Below are positions 28,941 through 39,646 of a stretch of DNA of 64,000 bases, one piece after another. Both the position numbers and the translations under genes were made by a program. Under the pieces are notes generated by a model, which searched no databases, was not told the DNA's origin, and worked only from the letters and a program-made list of their open reading frames with translations. The stretch's first letter is position 1. Each line of letters starts with the position of its first letter. Source of the stretch: Candidatus Cloacimonadales bacterium (GTDB taxonomy: Bacteria; Cloacimonadota; Cloacimonadia; Cloacimonadales; JAFGVF01); the NCBI GenBank assembly GCA_963667035.1, contig OY762964.1, forward strand, positions 1,536,001 through 1,600,000. The letters run 5' to 3'.

Positions 28941-31900
28941 CTATTTGAGTAACAACATTTTCTTAGTAATTGATTTCTTAGAAGTCTCTAATCTATAGAA
29001 GTAAACTCCTGATCCTGTTTCTTTACCTAAACTATTTTTCCCATCCCACACTATTTCATGCCTTCCAACGGACATCTCCTGATTAACCAATGTAGCGACT
29101 TTCTGTCCCTTAATATTATAGACAGAAAGTTTTACCATAGTCTCTTTTGGAATTGAGAATGAGATTGTGGTTATTGGATTGAATGGGTTGGGATAGTTGT
29201 TACTTAGCTCAACCCACTTTGGAATAGCAAAACCATCATTAAAATCCTTATCAAAACTGACTAAATGGTAGTCAGTAGTGAATGGTTGTATTGGCTCATC
29301 TACAAACCATTCTGTATCTTCATTGTAAACGAAATAGTTATTCATGCTTTTACGATCTTTCTGTTGAGTGATCAATTCAAAATGGATTTGAGAGTTTGAT
29401 TTTGCAGATACAATATCTGTATATGCTAGTATTTGGGTTTTCCCTTCATCAACAAAAGATGACCCAACGCATGTATCACCAATATATGCACCGATCTCTA
29501 CTATATCGTCATCAATATCAATAATGTCAATCGCTTCATAATCATCTGTCTTTTTATATACAAATGTATCAGATTCTTTTACAATCACAGGACTTTTTGT
29601 TGGTACTTGAGTTCCTAAATTCCATCTAAAATCCTCAATTCGCTCTTTTACTCTCACTATATAACCTCTACCGAAATTTAGCGGTCTTATATTATGGCTT
29701 AATGGTATCGTTAGGTCATCTTTTTTTAGCGAGTTTTGGGGAGTATCCTTTTTATAATACCAAAGTTCTGATTTTATAGATGCTACTTTACTAAAATCAT
29801 TTCCAAAGGCTGCATCCATATCCTGACTATTTCTCCAATAACCAACCCAATTATCAACTCCTGGTTCTAAAGTGACGTCATGATGTTGAATTTCATAACC
29901 ATCGCTAAATTGAATACAGTATTGGTTATCATTTCTATTCATCTCCAATTTGTAGGATGATAATGGAGAGAAGGAAAAGCTCGGATTATCTAAAATCCAT
30001 TGATTGTTAATATAATTCAATCCTCCATCATCACTTTTGATAGACAGCCCGAAGGGATTAAGCAATTGGAAAATATACTCATTATCAGCTCCAACAAATA
30101 AGTATGGGAATGAAATCCAGTTCCAACCATTATGTAGTGCGGTAAAAGCTGAAATAGGAATCACTATTTCAGGATTATATATATCATTTGTATTTATAGT
30201 CAGTTCTCCAAAGTAATCTTTATACATTTTGTGGGGAGTGATCTTTACTTTGAAACAAAGACTATCACTTGGAGGAATAACACTTGGAAGTGAAATAATC
30301 TCTAAAACATTACTTAATTGAGCACTTACTGTATGTGAAGTAATCTGAAGATTATTTTGATCTGAATTATTCCGAATCCAGATTTTTCTAACATATCCTC
30401 CATCAGGTATGATGTTCCCAAAGCAGATTTCTGCATTTGAAGTTGATACTGCAGCTCCATCTTGAAAATACTCAACTGCTCCAACATCAATATTCCCGCC
30501 AAGAACTCGAAGGTTATTCAAGACATCTGTATAGGGGAAGGTTACCCCCATTTCATATGATGACTCAATATCTTCTACCGATGAGCCTGAGTTATAACAT
30601 GATGAATTAGTTGAAATTTGAAAACCATCAATTATATTAATTCCTCCTACAATAGAAGATATGGGGTTATAATCTACATTATTCCAGTTATGCCATACAC
30701 CTAAAGGATATTCATAACCCGTTACAATTCCGCCATTATTCCCGGTATCAAAAGCATTATGATTGAAAAATAATGCTGGAGTTATAGTGCAAGCTGTCTT
30801 AATAAGAAAATCTGTTGATCCACTAGTAATATTCGCAGTATTGTTACTAAAGATGTTATTTACAAAGTTGTAAGTTGAAGAAGGTAAATCCTGATAAAAA
30901 CACCCTCCCCAGTTAATTGAATTATTTTGGGTAAAAGTATTATTAACAAACAATATAGGCCCTCTGTTGTCTATATTTAATTCCCCATTTCTTCCATTAA
31001 TATAGAAAGCTCCACCGTTATACGAAAAATTATCAACAAACACATTTGATACAAACTCTTTTCGGAAAGTTAAATCACTTTCATAAAGATATACGGCACC
31101 TCCCGCACAGTTTGAATTTATCGCAGGGGATGTACTTTCGAATCCTGTCACCTTCCCATTCCCTTCAAAATAACAATTTACAACACTTAAATCAGCATGT
31201 TGGCACCATATAGCACCTCCCTCGACTGCATCATTATTAATAAACTCACAGTTGGCAAAATTTACTTGTACCCTTGCTTGATTAAGTTCATTATGGGAAT
31301 ATTCATGGCTATCAATATATACAGCTCCTCCTGAATAAGCAGTGTTATTTTCGAATCTGCACCTATTAAAATCAACATTTATCTCTGTTTCTGATGCAGC
31401 GTTTACAATTATTGCTCCCCCAGTATGAGATTCAGGTTCATCTTGTGTGTTTCCTTGAGTTTCGCAGGATAAAAAGTTACAATTATCAAATAAAACATTC
31501 TTCCCTGATTCATCAAAGCCCCAAATAGAGCCAATATAAACTGCAGTTTTCGCATCCGTAAAATTAACATTTCTGAATTCAGAGTCAGCTGAACTTTCGG
31601 ATTGAAGGAAGTTAATACCTTTCCAGCTATTACCATCAATCCCTGTAAAAGATACAGGATTATTTTCAGTACCAATAACTTTGATACGACCGAGCACAGC
31701 AATAGCACAAAACTGCTCAATAGATATATTTAAATCTTCATTTGGATTTAGAGATTGAATAATAAGCTGAGTATTCTCTGGTATGCTAATCTTCGAATGT
31801 GGCCTTCCATAAATATCTACACCTAAAAGTACATATAGATTTCCTAATGTTTCATGCCCAATAATATCGTCGGGGAAAGTCATATCTTGGGTGATATAGA

Positions 31901-33401
31901 AAGTTTGGTCGAATGAATTATCATCATATCGTGAAACAGTTTTCTTTAAGTAATTGTGGTATCTTTGCTTTGCTGCATTTTTATCATGTTCCGGATTATA
32001 TGGCCAACTCTGATTGGAATACCAAAATCCGGGAGCGCTTGATCTGTTTGCAAGGTAGTATGATTGATCATTTTTTACTTCATTGGATGAACAATATGGA
32101 ATACTATGTGACCATGTTTGAGTATATGTAAAACCGAAAAAAGAAACTTTTTTTATTCGATTATGTCGTTCGAATGGTTTAAAATAACTTCTAAACCTTC
32201 TCGGGAACTTTAAAAAATTGCTTTGAAACCAGTTTACATTTTGAAGATAATTGTAATTTGTGATTTGTCTGGGTTGCATAACCCAGTCACAAGCGTCCGT
32301 GCAACTCATTAGCATTTCTAACAAACTCGGTATAAATGGAGATATCCCCCATGTACCGACTCCCATTATCCATAAACCTTTATCGGAAGACCTATTTCTA
32401 AAGAAAGCATTGTCTTTGCCATTAGCTCTATGGAAAGAATCTACCCACATCCATCCGACTTGATTTCCTTCAAAAAGGTTTTCTTTAGGACCTCCATATT
32501 GTCCTCCAGATTGAGAACTTGTCTCCCCATGGCAGCTAATATCTGCTACATAAGAATTAGGTAAATAATCAAAATCAGAATGCCTCCTTCCTGTTGAATA
32601 ATTATATCCGTAAACATTCCATTTTGCTTCATTTTGCACTAGCATTGCGTGTCTCATACTGTAAAAGATGTTATTTTCTATTAAGCAGTGCTGAGATGCA
32701 TTTTCAGTGATTACACCGTATCCAAACCCTCCGGCACCAACGTCCTGAGCTCCTTTAAAGTAGCAACCTGTTACTTCAATATGTTCACTCTTACTTATGT
32801 CTATATGATGCTTAACTGGATTTCGACTCTCAACCCCGACTACCCAACAGTTTGACGCTTTTTGGATAAGAATGTTATGTCCTTGCTGACTATCTAAGCC
32901 ATCTGAATGTGTACTATCTAACCGTTCAATTACAATATCTTCAATACCGGAAGAGACCAATATATGCTCTTGTACAGGTGGAGTTTGGTTTGGCTTCGCT
33001 TCTACTCCCTTGATTTCTATGCAATTATTAGTATTTGCCATATCAAATCGTAAAACTGTTCTGTTAGCATTATTCTCTCCATCCTTGAACATGTGATTGC
33101 CTCTTAATACAACATAGTCAGCTAATACTAGCTCATCAGTAAATAAATATTCACCAGGAGAAAGTATTACCCTGCGAATAGCTGATGAATTTCCAGACAC
33201 TAACAATGCTGATCTAATATCTTCTTCAGTATTAGTAGTGTTAAAAGGATAATCTACAAAATTAACGGGAAAACCATTTTCAAGTCCGGCCTGTTGCCAC
33301 TCATGACTTTTATTATTAACATGGCTGTATTCGGTATCATAAACAGAAAATAAGAAATATAAATTAATTAGAAATAGTATCGCGAGTATATATTTTTTCA
33401 T
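28941..33401 (-). CDS. Large secreted beta-helix protein (gene C) with GGA(I/V)/FxxN repeats, Ig-like region and FlgD/T9SS-type sorting domain
   Basis: Signal peptide, pectate-lyase-like N-terminal beta-helix (GYGV, CLIENNIF..MRHAM), Pmp-like GGAI/GGAV repeats, NYPNPFNP...WDGK...SGVYFYRL...KKMLLLK. Confidence 0.75.
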   Translation of the reverse strand: MKKYILAILFLINLYFLFSVYDTEYSHVNNKSHEWQQAGLENGFPVNFVDYPFNTTNTEEDIRSALLVSGNSSAIRRVILSPGEYLFTDELVLADYVVLRGNHMFKDGENNANRTVLRFDMANTNNCIEIKGVEAKPNQTPPVQEHILVSSGIEDIVIERLDSTHSDGLDSQQGHNILIQKASNCWVVGVESRNPVKHHIDISKSEHIEVTGCYFKGAQDVGAGGFGYGVITENASQHCLIENNIFYSMRHAMLVQNEAKWNVYGYNYSTGRRHSDFDYLPNSYVADISCHGETSSQSGGQYGGPKENLFEGNQVGWMWVDSFHRANGKDNAFFRNRSSDKGLWIMGVGTWGISPFIPSLLEMLMSCTDACDWVMQPRQITNYNYLQNVNWFQSNFLKFPRRFRSYFKPFERHNRIKKVSFFGFTYTQTWSHSIPYCSSNEVKNDQSYYLANRSSAPGFWYSNQSWPYNPEHDKNAAKQRYHNYLKKTVSRYDDNSFDQTFYITQDMTFPDDIIGHETLGNLYVLLGVDIYGRPHSKISIPENTQLIIQSLNPNEDLNISIEQFCAIAVLGRIKVIGTENNPVSFTGIDGNSWKGINFLQSESSADSEFRNVNFTDAKTAVYIGSIWGFDESGKNVLFDNCNFLSCETQGNTQDEPESHTGGAIIVNAASETEINVDFNRCRFENNTAYSGGAVYIDSHEYSHNELNQARVQVNFANCEFINNDAVEGGAIWCQHADLSVVNCYFEGNGKVTGFESTSPAINSNCAGGAVYLYESDLTFRKEFVSNVFVDNFSYNGGAFYINGRNGELNIDNRGPILFVNNTFTQNNSINWGGCFYQDLPSSTYNFVNNIFSNNTANITSGSTDFLIKTACTITPALFFNHNAFDTGNNGGIVTGYEYPLGVWHNWNNVDYNPISSIVGGINIIDGFQISTNSSCYNSGSSVEDIESSYEMGVTFPYTDVLNNLRVLGGNIDVGAVEYFQDGAAVSTSNAEICFGNIIPDGGYVRKIWIRNNSDQNNLQITSHTVSAQLSNVLEIISLPSVIPPSDSLCFKVKITPHKMYKDYFGELTINTNDIYNPEIVIPISAFTALHNGWNWISFPYLFVGADNEYIFQLLNPFGLSIKSDDGGLNYINNQWILDNPSFSFSPLSSYKLEMNRNDNQYCIQFSDGYEIQHHDVTLEPGVDNWVGYWRNSQDMDAAFGNDFSKVASIKSELWYYKKDTPQNSLKKDDLTIPLSHNIRPLNFGRGYIVRVKERIEDFRWNLGTQVPTKSPVIVKESDTFVYKKTDDYEAIDIIDIDDDIVEIGAYIGDTCVGSSFVDEGKTQILAYTDIVSAKSNSQIHFELITQQKDRKSMNNYFVYNEDTEWFVDEPIQPFTTDYHLVSFDKDFNDGFAIPKWVELSNNYPNPFNPITTISFSIPKETMVKLSVYNIKGQKVATLVNQEMSVGRHEIVWDGKNSLGKETGSGVYFYRLETSKKSITKKMLLLK

Positions 33402-33410
33402 TGTTTCTCC

Positions 33411-34418
33411 CTAAAAATCATATGGATGTTGTCTTTGAGTCTTGCTTATTAATCTTGTGCTGTTTTTATTAAACGAGACCTTTCCCGATTGACGATCAAA
33501 TTTAACATAATCGCCAGTCTGCATAAAATACATTAGCGGATATTCTTGGGAACCGCATAGGCAAATGTTTTCTTTGGATGTATCTAACACTAAGTAGGAA
33601 TAAGCTCTCTGAGTGGATTCAATAAACAAAACCTGTGAATCTAAGCTATTGATGTCTATCTGCAAAAGAGTGCGTGAAGCCTGTAGAAGATATATAGAAT
33701 TATCATAGTCTGTTATCATATCAACAAGCGAGCTATCGTTATAAACAAGGCTATCAATACCAGTAATTATATCATAACAGTATAAACCATCTGGTTTGAC
33801 ATCTGGAGTGCTTGAAATCAAATAAAAAACTTTATCTGAAACAATACATTTATCACTAATATTAATGTAATTGTCATTCTCTTCCCTTATTAGCTCTGTT
33901 TCGGTATTATTGGTCAAATCATATATAAGCAGAGCCCCAGAACGAACCTCCTGATTATAAATAGATCTACTATAAACTAACTTCGTATTATCAGTAGAAA
34001 TTGAAGCATCATGCTCTCTGATATCAGGGGTATTAGTAATCTGTATTAGATTCGACCCGTCAACATTGGCAATGTAGATATCATAATTGTATTCCATTAC
34101 CATTTTAGTTCTGTCCTGACTTATTTCGACAATATTCCCTACACCTAATAAGATACCTTCCCATAAAGTTCCTTCGGAATTGAGTGAGTAAACAGAACTG
34201 AAACCGCTAATGATAATCTTTTCCTGCTCTGGATTACTTAAGTCTGCTACATAGAAAGGAGACCCTCCCCCTGCAAATAGGTAATCAATCTCACTTCCAT
34301 CAATATTCATGGTAGCAGTCCATTCTTCGGACCAGTACTTACCCTCATCTGAATAATCAAAACACGAAGTTAAAAGAAGCAACAACACTAAAATCACGAA
34401 TGATTTAATGTATCTCAT
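33411..34418 (-). CDS. TolB-like beta-propeller lipoprotein (gene B, copy in the intact operon)
   Basis: Lipobox LLTSC and the PD40-like motif DIYIANVDGSNLIQITNTP..E..ASIS.D. Confidence 0.7.
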   Translation of the reverse strand: MRYIKSFVILVLLLLLTSCFDYSDEGKYWSEEWTATMNIDGSEIDYLFAGGGSPFYVADLSNPEQEKIIISGFSSVYSLNSEGTLWEGILLGVGNIVEISQDRTKMVMEYNYDIYIANVDGSNLIQITNTPDIREHDASISTDNTKLVYSRSIYNQEVRSGALLIYDLTNNTETELIREENDNYINISDKCIVSDKVFYLISSTPDVKPDGLYCYDIITGIDSLVYNDSSLVDMITDYDNSIYLLQASRTLLQIDINSLDSQVLFIESTQRAYSYLVLDTSKENICLCGSQEYPLMYFMQTGDYVKFDRQSGKVSFNKNSTRLISKTQRQHPYDF

Positions 34419-34420
34419 TA

Positions 34421-35164
34421 TTAGTCCCCTCTTCGAAATTCAATCAACTCAAGTGCACTACTCTTCACAAAGCCTTTGTTTTGTTGATTTAAGATTTCAA
34501 GCGAATTCAACATTCCCAATGTAACTCCCGTAAATGGGATTAGTTTGGGTATATCCTCCGAAAAGTACAAAGAGGCTTCTTTCTCAATTTGCTCAAGTTG
34601 GTCCTGAGCTAATTTTTGCTTATACATTTCAGGTATTTCCATATTTACTTTTGTACAGGTTATATCTCTGGAGTTAACCGAGACAGCATATTCTGCTCTG
34701 TCATTTTGAGAAAAACTGAAAGGCATTAAAGCGGCTGCCTGTTCTCTAACTAAACTGAAATTGGCTTCAACCTCGCTCTTGCGTAACAGCTTTGGTGTTT
34801 GCTTGACCTTATTTTCATCATAACCATAAAAATCGACTATCTGATTAGAAACCGGGTCCCAAGTTGTGTAAGTTATATTCCCATCAAAAGATTCCTTAAT
34901 AACAATACCTTTACTCGACTCTTCAATTACTTCTAAGCTGACAAACTCTTCGCTTTGATTTTCACTTGAGAGGTCGCTATTGACACGATAGACTACCTTG
35001 TCCCCGACCTTCAAATCAATACCAAAACGGCTCCCGGCTGTGTATTGAAGTGTGCTCAACATATCCTTTTGTGCTTGTTCTTCAATCTCTCTGTCAGATA
35101 GTTCTTTTGCTACAAGAAACAACACTGTTGACAGTACTAGTGCAATTAAGACAAATTTCTTCAT
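34421..35164 (-). CDS. Exported hypothetical protein (gene A)
   Basis: Signal peptide MKKFVLIALVLSTVLFLVA, RBS AGGAG. No recognisable family. Confidence 0.7.
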   Translation of the reverse strand: MKKFVLIALVLSTVLFLVAKELSDREIEEQAQKDMLSTLQYTAGSRFGIDLKVGDKVVYRVNSDLSSENQSEEFVSLEVIEESSKGIVIKESFDGNITYTTWDPVSNQIVDFYGYDENKVKQTPKLLRKSEVEANFSLVREQAAALMPFSFSQNDRAEYAVSVNSRDITCTKVNMEIPEMYKQKLAQDQLEQIEKEASLYFSEDIPKLIPFTGVTLGMLNSLEILNQQNKGFVKSSALELIEFRRGD

Positions 35165-35252
35165 AAATGCTCCTTTGTTTTCCGAATCGATTACTTAGAC
35201 TAATTAATAGGCTAAATTGTTGTACGATTCGCTTATTAGATTTCCATACTAT

Positions 35253-35546
35253 TTATTTTGAATTTGAGACACAAATACAACATATAGTATGATTATTTTA
35301 CCTTCCCATACCTACAGTAAATCAACTTTTGTCTTTCTTTCCTAGAATTGTGTAGCAATGTTAGTAATGATAAATTACATGGCAAGTATTTATTCATTTT
35401 TTCTTGCATCGCTTCATAGGACTATTTAGAGATTTCGCTTATCTTTCACCCCTTTAAGGTTTAATCATATTTAGGGGATACACGCCCCATGCGACAAGTG
35501 CATGGGGCTATTAAACAATAGCTCCTTCAGAGCAAAATTAAAAAAG
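35253..35546. repeat. About 294-bp duplicated upstream/promoter region (copy of 42204-42496)
   Basis: Near-identical sequence, including a GCCCCATGC...GCATGGGGC REP-like hairpin. Confidence 0.9.
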
Positions 35547-35569
35547 CCCGGACTGTTCCTGGCTTTTAA

Positions 35570-35707
35570 ATAGAAGTCTCTAATCTATAGAAGTAAACTC
35601 CTACTCCTGTTTCTTTACCTAAACTATTTTTCCCATCCCACACTATTTCATGCCTTCCAACGGACATCTCCTGATTAACCAAATGTAGCGAGTAAAATCT
35701 TCTTCAT
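35570..35707 (-). pseudogene. Collapsed remnant of gene C (start joined directly to C-terminal sorting domain)
   Basis: RBS + ATG AAG AAG ATT TTA CTC GCT ACA, then DNA matching about 28979-29098 (LVNQEMSVGRHEIVWDGKNSLGKETG.GVYFYRLETS) out of frame, then a terminator copy. Confidence 0.85.
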
Positions 35708-35717
35708 TGTTTCTCCT

Positions 35718-36743
35718 TTAAAAATCATCTGGATGTCGTCTTGAGATAACGCTAATTATTTTTGTACTGTTTAAATTAAAAGTAGCATATCCAATAGGCT
35801 TCGGTAAGTAAAATATATCTCCGGTTTTCATAGAGTAAATCCAATCATTTCCATTGTTTGTATCTCCACAAAATGCAAGGTATTCGTAAGTTGGATTGAA
35901 GCTCAATACGCCTCGAAATCCAACTCCTTTACCACCTATCAAGTCATGACTGGCAAAAGTATTAATATCCATTTCCACAATACCTTCAGAAGAAGCCAAG
36001 AAATAAACTGCATCCGTGCTATTTGATATAATATTTCCGGTTGAAGAACAGGAATACACCAGAGAATCAGTAAGCGTTGACATATTTAAGTTATATATTC
36101 CTCTTGGTTTTACATTCAATTCATACCATTTATAGTAAAAAATCTTATCAGAGATAATGCATTTCTCTCGAATAAATGTATGCTTTTCAGTTTCTTCGCG
36201 TAAGAGAATAGTCTCTGTATCAGTATTAAGGTTGTATCCATTAATTGAAATCCAATTCAATTCATCTGGATCAAGAGCATTTAAAGGCCATTGATTATAC
36301 ACAACCATCGAGTTATCTGCAGAAATAGAGGCAAAATCCTCTCTCAGGTCAGGTGTATTTGTAAGGTTTCTAAGTCCGGTACCATCGACATTAGCAACAT
36401 AGATATCATAATTATACTCCATTACCATTTTAGTTCGGTCCTGACTTATTTCGACAATATTCCCTACATCTAATAAGATACCTTCCCACAAAGTTCCTTC
36501 GGAATTGAGTGAATAAACAGAACTGGAACTGCTCATGATAATCTTTTCCTGCCCTGGATTACTTAAGTCTGCTACATAGAAAGGAGTTTGTGCACCTTTT
36601 AGTAGGTAATCAATCTCACTCCCATCAATATTCATGGTAGCAGTCCATTCTTCGGACCAGTACTTACCCTCATCTGAATAATCATAACAGGAGGTTATAA
36701 GAAGTAATAGCAATAGAATCGCTATTGATTTTATAAATCGCAT
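35718..36743 (-). CDS. Gene B variant 5 (beta-propeller lipoprotein)
   Basis: Lipobox LITSC. Paralog of 33411-34418 with a divergent C-terminal half. Confidence 0.8.
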   Translation of the reverse strand: MRFIKSIAILLLLLLITSCYDYSDEGKYWSEEWTATMNIDGSEIDYLLKGAQTPFYVADLSNPGQEKIIMSSSSSVYSLNSEGTLWEGILLDVGNIVEISQDRTKMVMEYNYDIYVANVDGTGLRNLTNTPDLREDFASISADNSMVVYNQWPLNALDPDELNWISINGYNLNTDTETILLREETEKHTFIREKCIISDKIFYYKWYELNVKPRGIYNLNMSTLTDSLVYSCSSTGNIISNSTDAVYFLASSEGIVEMDINTFASHDLIGGKGVGFRGVLSFNPTYEYLAFCGDTNNGNDWIYSMKTGDIFYLPKPIGYATFNLNSTKIISVISRRHPDDF

Positions 36744-36745
36744 AA

Positions 36746-37027
36746 TTAATTTCCTTTTATGAATTCTACTAATTCAAGGACGCTACTCTTCACAAAGCCT
36801 TTGTTTTGTTGATTTAAGGTTTCAAGCGAATTCAACATTCCCAATGTAACTCCCGTAAATGGGATTAGTTTGGGTATATCCTCAAAAAGAGTAGGGAAAT
36901 CGTTCTCTAAACCAGCAGACTGCCACTGGTGACTCTCATTATTAACATGGCTGTATTCGGTATCATAAACAGAAAATAAGAAATATAAATTAATTAGAAA
37001 TAGTATCGTGAGTATATATTTTTTCAT
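36746..37027 (-). CDS. Chimeric 93-aa linker ORF (5' of gene C fused to 3' of gene A)
   Basis: MKKYIL...GLENDFPTLF from C joined to EDIPKLIPF...EFIKGN from A. Confidence 0.75.
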   Translation of the reverse strand: MKKYILTILFLINLYFLFSVYDTEYSHVNNESHQWQSAGLENDFPTLFEDIPKLIPFTGVTLGMLNSLETLNQQNKGFVKSSVLELVEFIKGN

Positions 37028-37035
37028 TGTTCCCC

Positions 37036-38049
37036 TTAAAAATCATATGGATGTTGTCTTTGGGTTGTGCTTATTAATCTTGTACTGTTTTTATTAAACG
37101 AGACCTTTCCCGATTGACGATCAAATTTTACATAATCACCTGTCTGTATAAAATACATTAGCGGATATGCTTCGGAATCGCATAAACAAATGTTTTCTTT
37201 GGATGGGTCTAACACTAATTCGTTATAATATCTCTGAGTGGATTCAATAAACAATACCTGAGAATCAAAGCTATTCATGTCTATTTGCAAAAGAGTGCGC
37301 GAAGCCTGTAGAAGATATACAGAATTATCATAGTCTGTTATCATATCAACAAGCGAGCTATCGTTATAAACAAGGCTATCAATACCAGTAATTATATCAT
37401 AACAGTATAAACCATCTGGTTTGACATCTGGAGAGCTTGAGATTGAATAGAATATCTTATTTGAGGCAACGCATGTATCTCTTATTCTAAGATAATTGCT
37501 ATTGCTATTCTCTTCTCGTAACAGTTCTGTCTCAGTATTCTCCATCAAATCATATATAAGCAGAATCTCAGAACGAACCTCCTGATTATTAATATATCGA
37601 CTATAAACAATTTGTGAGTTATCAGCAGAAATTGAAGCATCATGCTCTCTGATATCAGGGGTATTAGTAATCTGTATTAGATTCGATCCGTCAACATTGG
37701 CAATGTAGATATCCAGATTATATTCCATCAACATTTTTGTTCTGTCCTGACTTATTTCAACAATGTTTCCCATATCTGTAAGGATATTATCCCCCAAAGT
37801 TCCATCTTCATTCATGGATAATACTGCTGTGTTAGCACCAATAATGATTCTCTCTTCTTCCGGATTGTCTAAATCTGCAACATAATAAGGAGTGCCTCCC
37901 CACTGAATCAGGAATTTTCTTTCACTTCCGTCAATATTCGTGGTAGCAATCCATGATTCTGTCCAGTGTTTACCCTCATCTGAATAATCAAAACACGAAG
38001 TCATAAGAAGCAACAACACTAAAATCACGAATGATTTAATGTATCTCAT
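37036..38049 (-). CDS. Gene B variant 4
   Basis: Lipobox LMTSC, mosaic paralog of B. Confidence 0.8.
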   Translation of the reverse strand: MRYIKSFVILVLLLLMTSCFDYSDEGKHWTESWIATTNIDGSERKFLIQWGGTPYYVADLDNPEEERIIIGANTAVLSMNEDGTLGDNILTDMGNIVEISQDRTKMLMEYNLDIYIANVDGSNLIQITNTPDIREHDASISADNSQIVYSRYINNQEVRSEILLIYDLMENTETELLREENSNSNYLRIRDTCVASNKIFYSISSSPDVKPDGLYCYDIITGIDSLVYNDSSLVDMITDYDNSVYLLQASRTLLQIDMNSFDSQVLFIESTQRYYNELVLDPSKENICLCDSEAYPLMYFIQTGDYVKFDRQSGKVSFNKNSTRLISTTQRQHPYDF

Positions 38050-38051
38050 TA

Positions 38052-38333
38052 TTAGTCCCCTCTTCGAAATTCAATCAACTCAAGTGTACTACTCTTCACA
38101 AAGCCTTTGCTTTGTTGATTTAAGGTTTCAAGCGAATTCAACATTCCCAATGTAACTCCCGTAAATGGGATTAGTTTGGGTATATCCTCAAAAAGAGTAG
38201 AGAAATCGTTCTCTAAACCAGCAGACTGCCATTGGTGACTTTTATTATTAACATGGCTGTATTCGGTATCATAAACAGAAAATAAGAAATATAAATTAAT
38301 TAGAAATAGTATCGTGAGTATATATTTTTTCAT
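38052..38333 (-). CDS. Chimeric C'::'A linker ORF
   Basis: Same junction as 36746-37027, ends EFRRGD. Confidence 0.75.
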   Translation of the reverse strand: MKKYILTILFLINLYFLFSVYDTEYSHVNNKSHQWQSAGLENDFSTLFEDIPKLIPFTGVTLGMLNSLETLNQQSKGFVKSSTLELIEFRRGD

Positions 38334-38341
38334 TGTTCCCC

Positions 38342-39352
38342 CTAAAAATCATATGGATGTTGTCTTTGGGTTGTGCTTATTAATCTTGTGCTGTTTTTAT
38401 TAAACGAGACCTTTCCCGATTGACGATCAAATTTTACATAATCACCTGTCTGTATAAAATACATTAGCGGATATTTTTGGGAACCGCATAAGCAAATGTT
38501 TTCTTTGGATGGACCTAACACTAAGTAGGAATAAGATCTCTGAGTGGGTTCAATATACAAAACCTGTGAATCTAAGCTATTGATGTCTAACTGCAAAAGA
38601 GTGCGTGAAGCCTGTAGAAGATATACAGAATTTTCATAGTCTGTTATCATATCAACAAGAGAGCTATCGTTATAAACAAGGCTGTCAATCCCTGTATCAA
38701 TATCGATACAATATAGTCCTTTCGGTTTTGTCTCTGATACACTAAATTTAAAATAGTAATATACTTTATTAGAAACTATACATGTATTATTAACTGAGAA
38801 ATCTGTGATGTTATCTACTCGCATCAGTTCTGTCTCAGTATTCTCCATCAAATCATATATAAGCAGAGTCTCAGAACGAACCTCCTGATTATAAATATAT
38901 CTACTATAAACTAACTTCGTATTATCAGCAGAAATTGAAGCATCATGCTCCCAAATATCCGTTGTATTTGTAATGTTTCTAAGTCCGGTACCATCGACAT
39001 TAGCGACATAGATATCATAATTGTATACCATTACCATTTTGGTTCGGTCTTGACTTATTTCAACAATATTTCCCACATCCGTCAGAACATAATCTCCAAC
39101 AGTTCCGTCCTCATTCAGAGATAATACTGCATGGAAAGCATCAATAATGATCCTCTCCTCTCCAGGATTGTCCAAATCTGCAACATAATAAGGAGTTCCT
39201 CCCCACTGAATCAGGAATTCTCTTTCACTTCCGTCAATATTCGTGGTGGCAATCCATGATTCTGTCCAGTATTTACCCTCATCTGAATAATCAAAACAGG
39301 AGGCCAAAAGAAGTAATAGCAATAGAATCGCTATTGATTTTATAAATCGCAT
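38342..39352 (-). CDS. Gene B variant 3
   Basis: Lipobox LLASC, mosaic paralog of B. Confidence 0.8.
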   Translation of the reverse strand: MRFIKSIAILLLLLLLASCFDYSDEGKYWTESWIATTNIDGSEREFLIQWGGTPYYVADLDNPGEERIIIDAFHAVLSLNEDGTVGDYVLTDVGNIVEISQDRTKMVMVYNYDIYVANVDGTGLRNITNTTDIWEHDASISADNTKLVYSRYIYNQEVRSETLLIYDLMENTETELMRVDNITDFSVNNTCIVSNKVYYYFKFSVSETKPKGLYCIDIDTGIDSLVYNDSSLVDMITDYENSVYLLQASRTLLQLDINSLDSQVLYIEPTQRSYSYLVLGPSKENICLCGSQKYPLMYFIQTGDYVKFDRQSGKVSFNKNSTRLISTTQRQHPYDF

Positions 39353-39354
39353 AA

Positions 39355-39636
39355 TTAATTTCCTTTTCTGAATTCTACTAATTCAAGGACGCTACTCTTC
39401 ACAAAGCCTTTGCTTTGTTGATTTAAGATTTCAAGCGAATTCAACATTCCTAATGTAACTCCCGTAAATGGGATTAGTTTGGGTATATCCTCAAAAAGAG
39501 TAGGAAAATCGTTCTCTAAACCAGCAGACTGCCATTGGTGACTTTTATTATTGATATGGCTGTATTCGGTATCATAAACCGGATGGATCAGGTTTGATGA
39601 AATTGCTAATAAGATTATAATAATAATTCTTTTCAT
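39355..39636 (-). CDS. Chimeric C'::'A linker ORF with a different signal-peptide allele
   Basis: True start is ATG 39636 (MKRIIIIILLAISSNLIHPVYDTEYSH), 93 aa. The track's extension to 39810 overlaps B2 and is spurious. Confidence 0.72.
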   Translation of the reverse strand: MKRIIIIILLAISSNLIHPVYDTEYSHINNKSHQWQSAGLENDFPTLFEDIPKLIPFTGVTLGMLNSLEILNQQSKGFVKSSVLELVEFRKGN

Positions 39637-39646
39637 TGTTGCCCCT

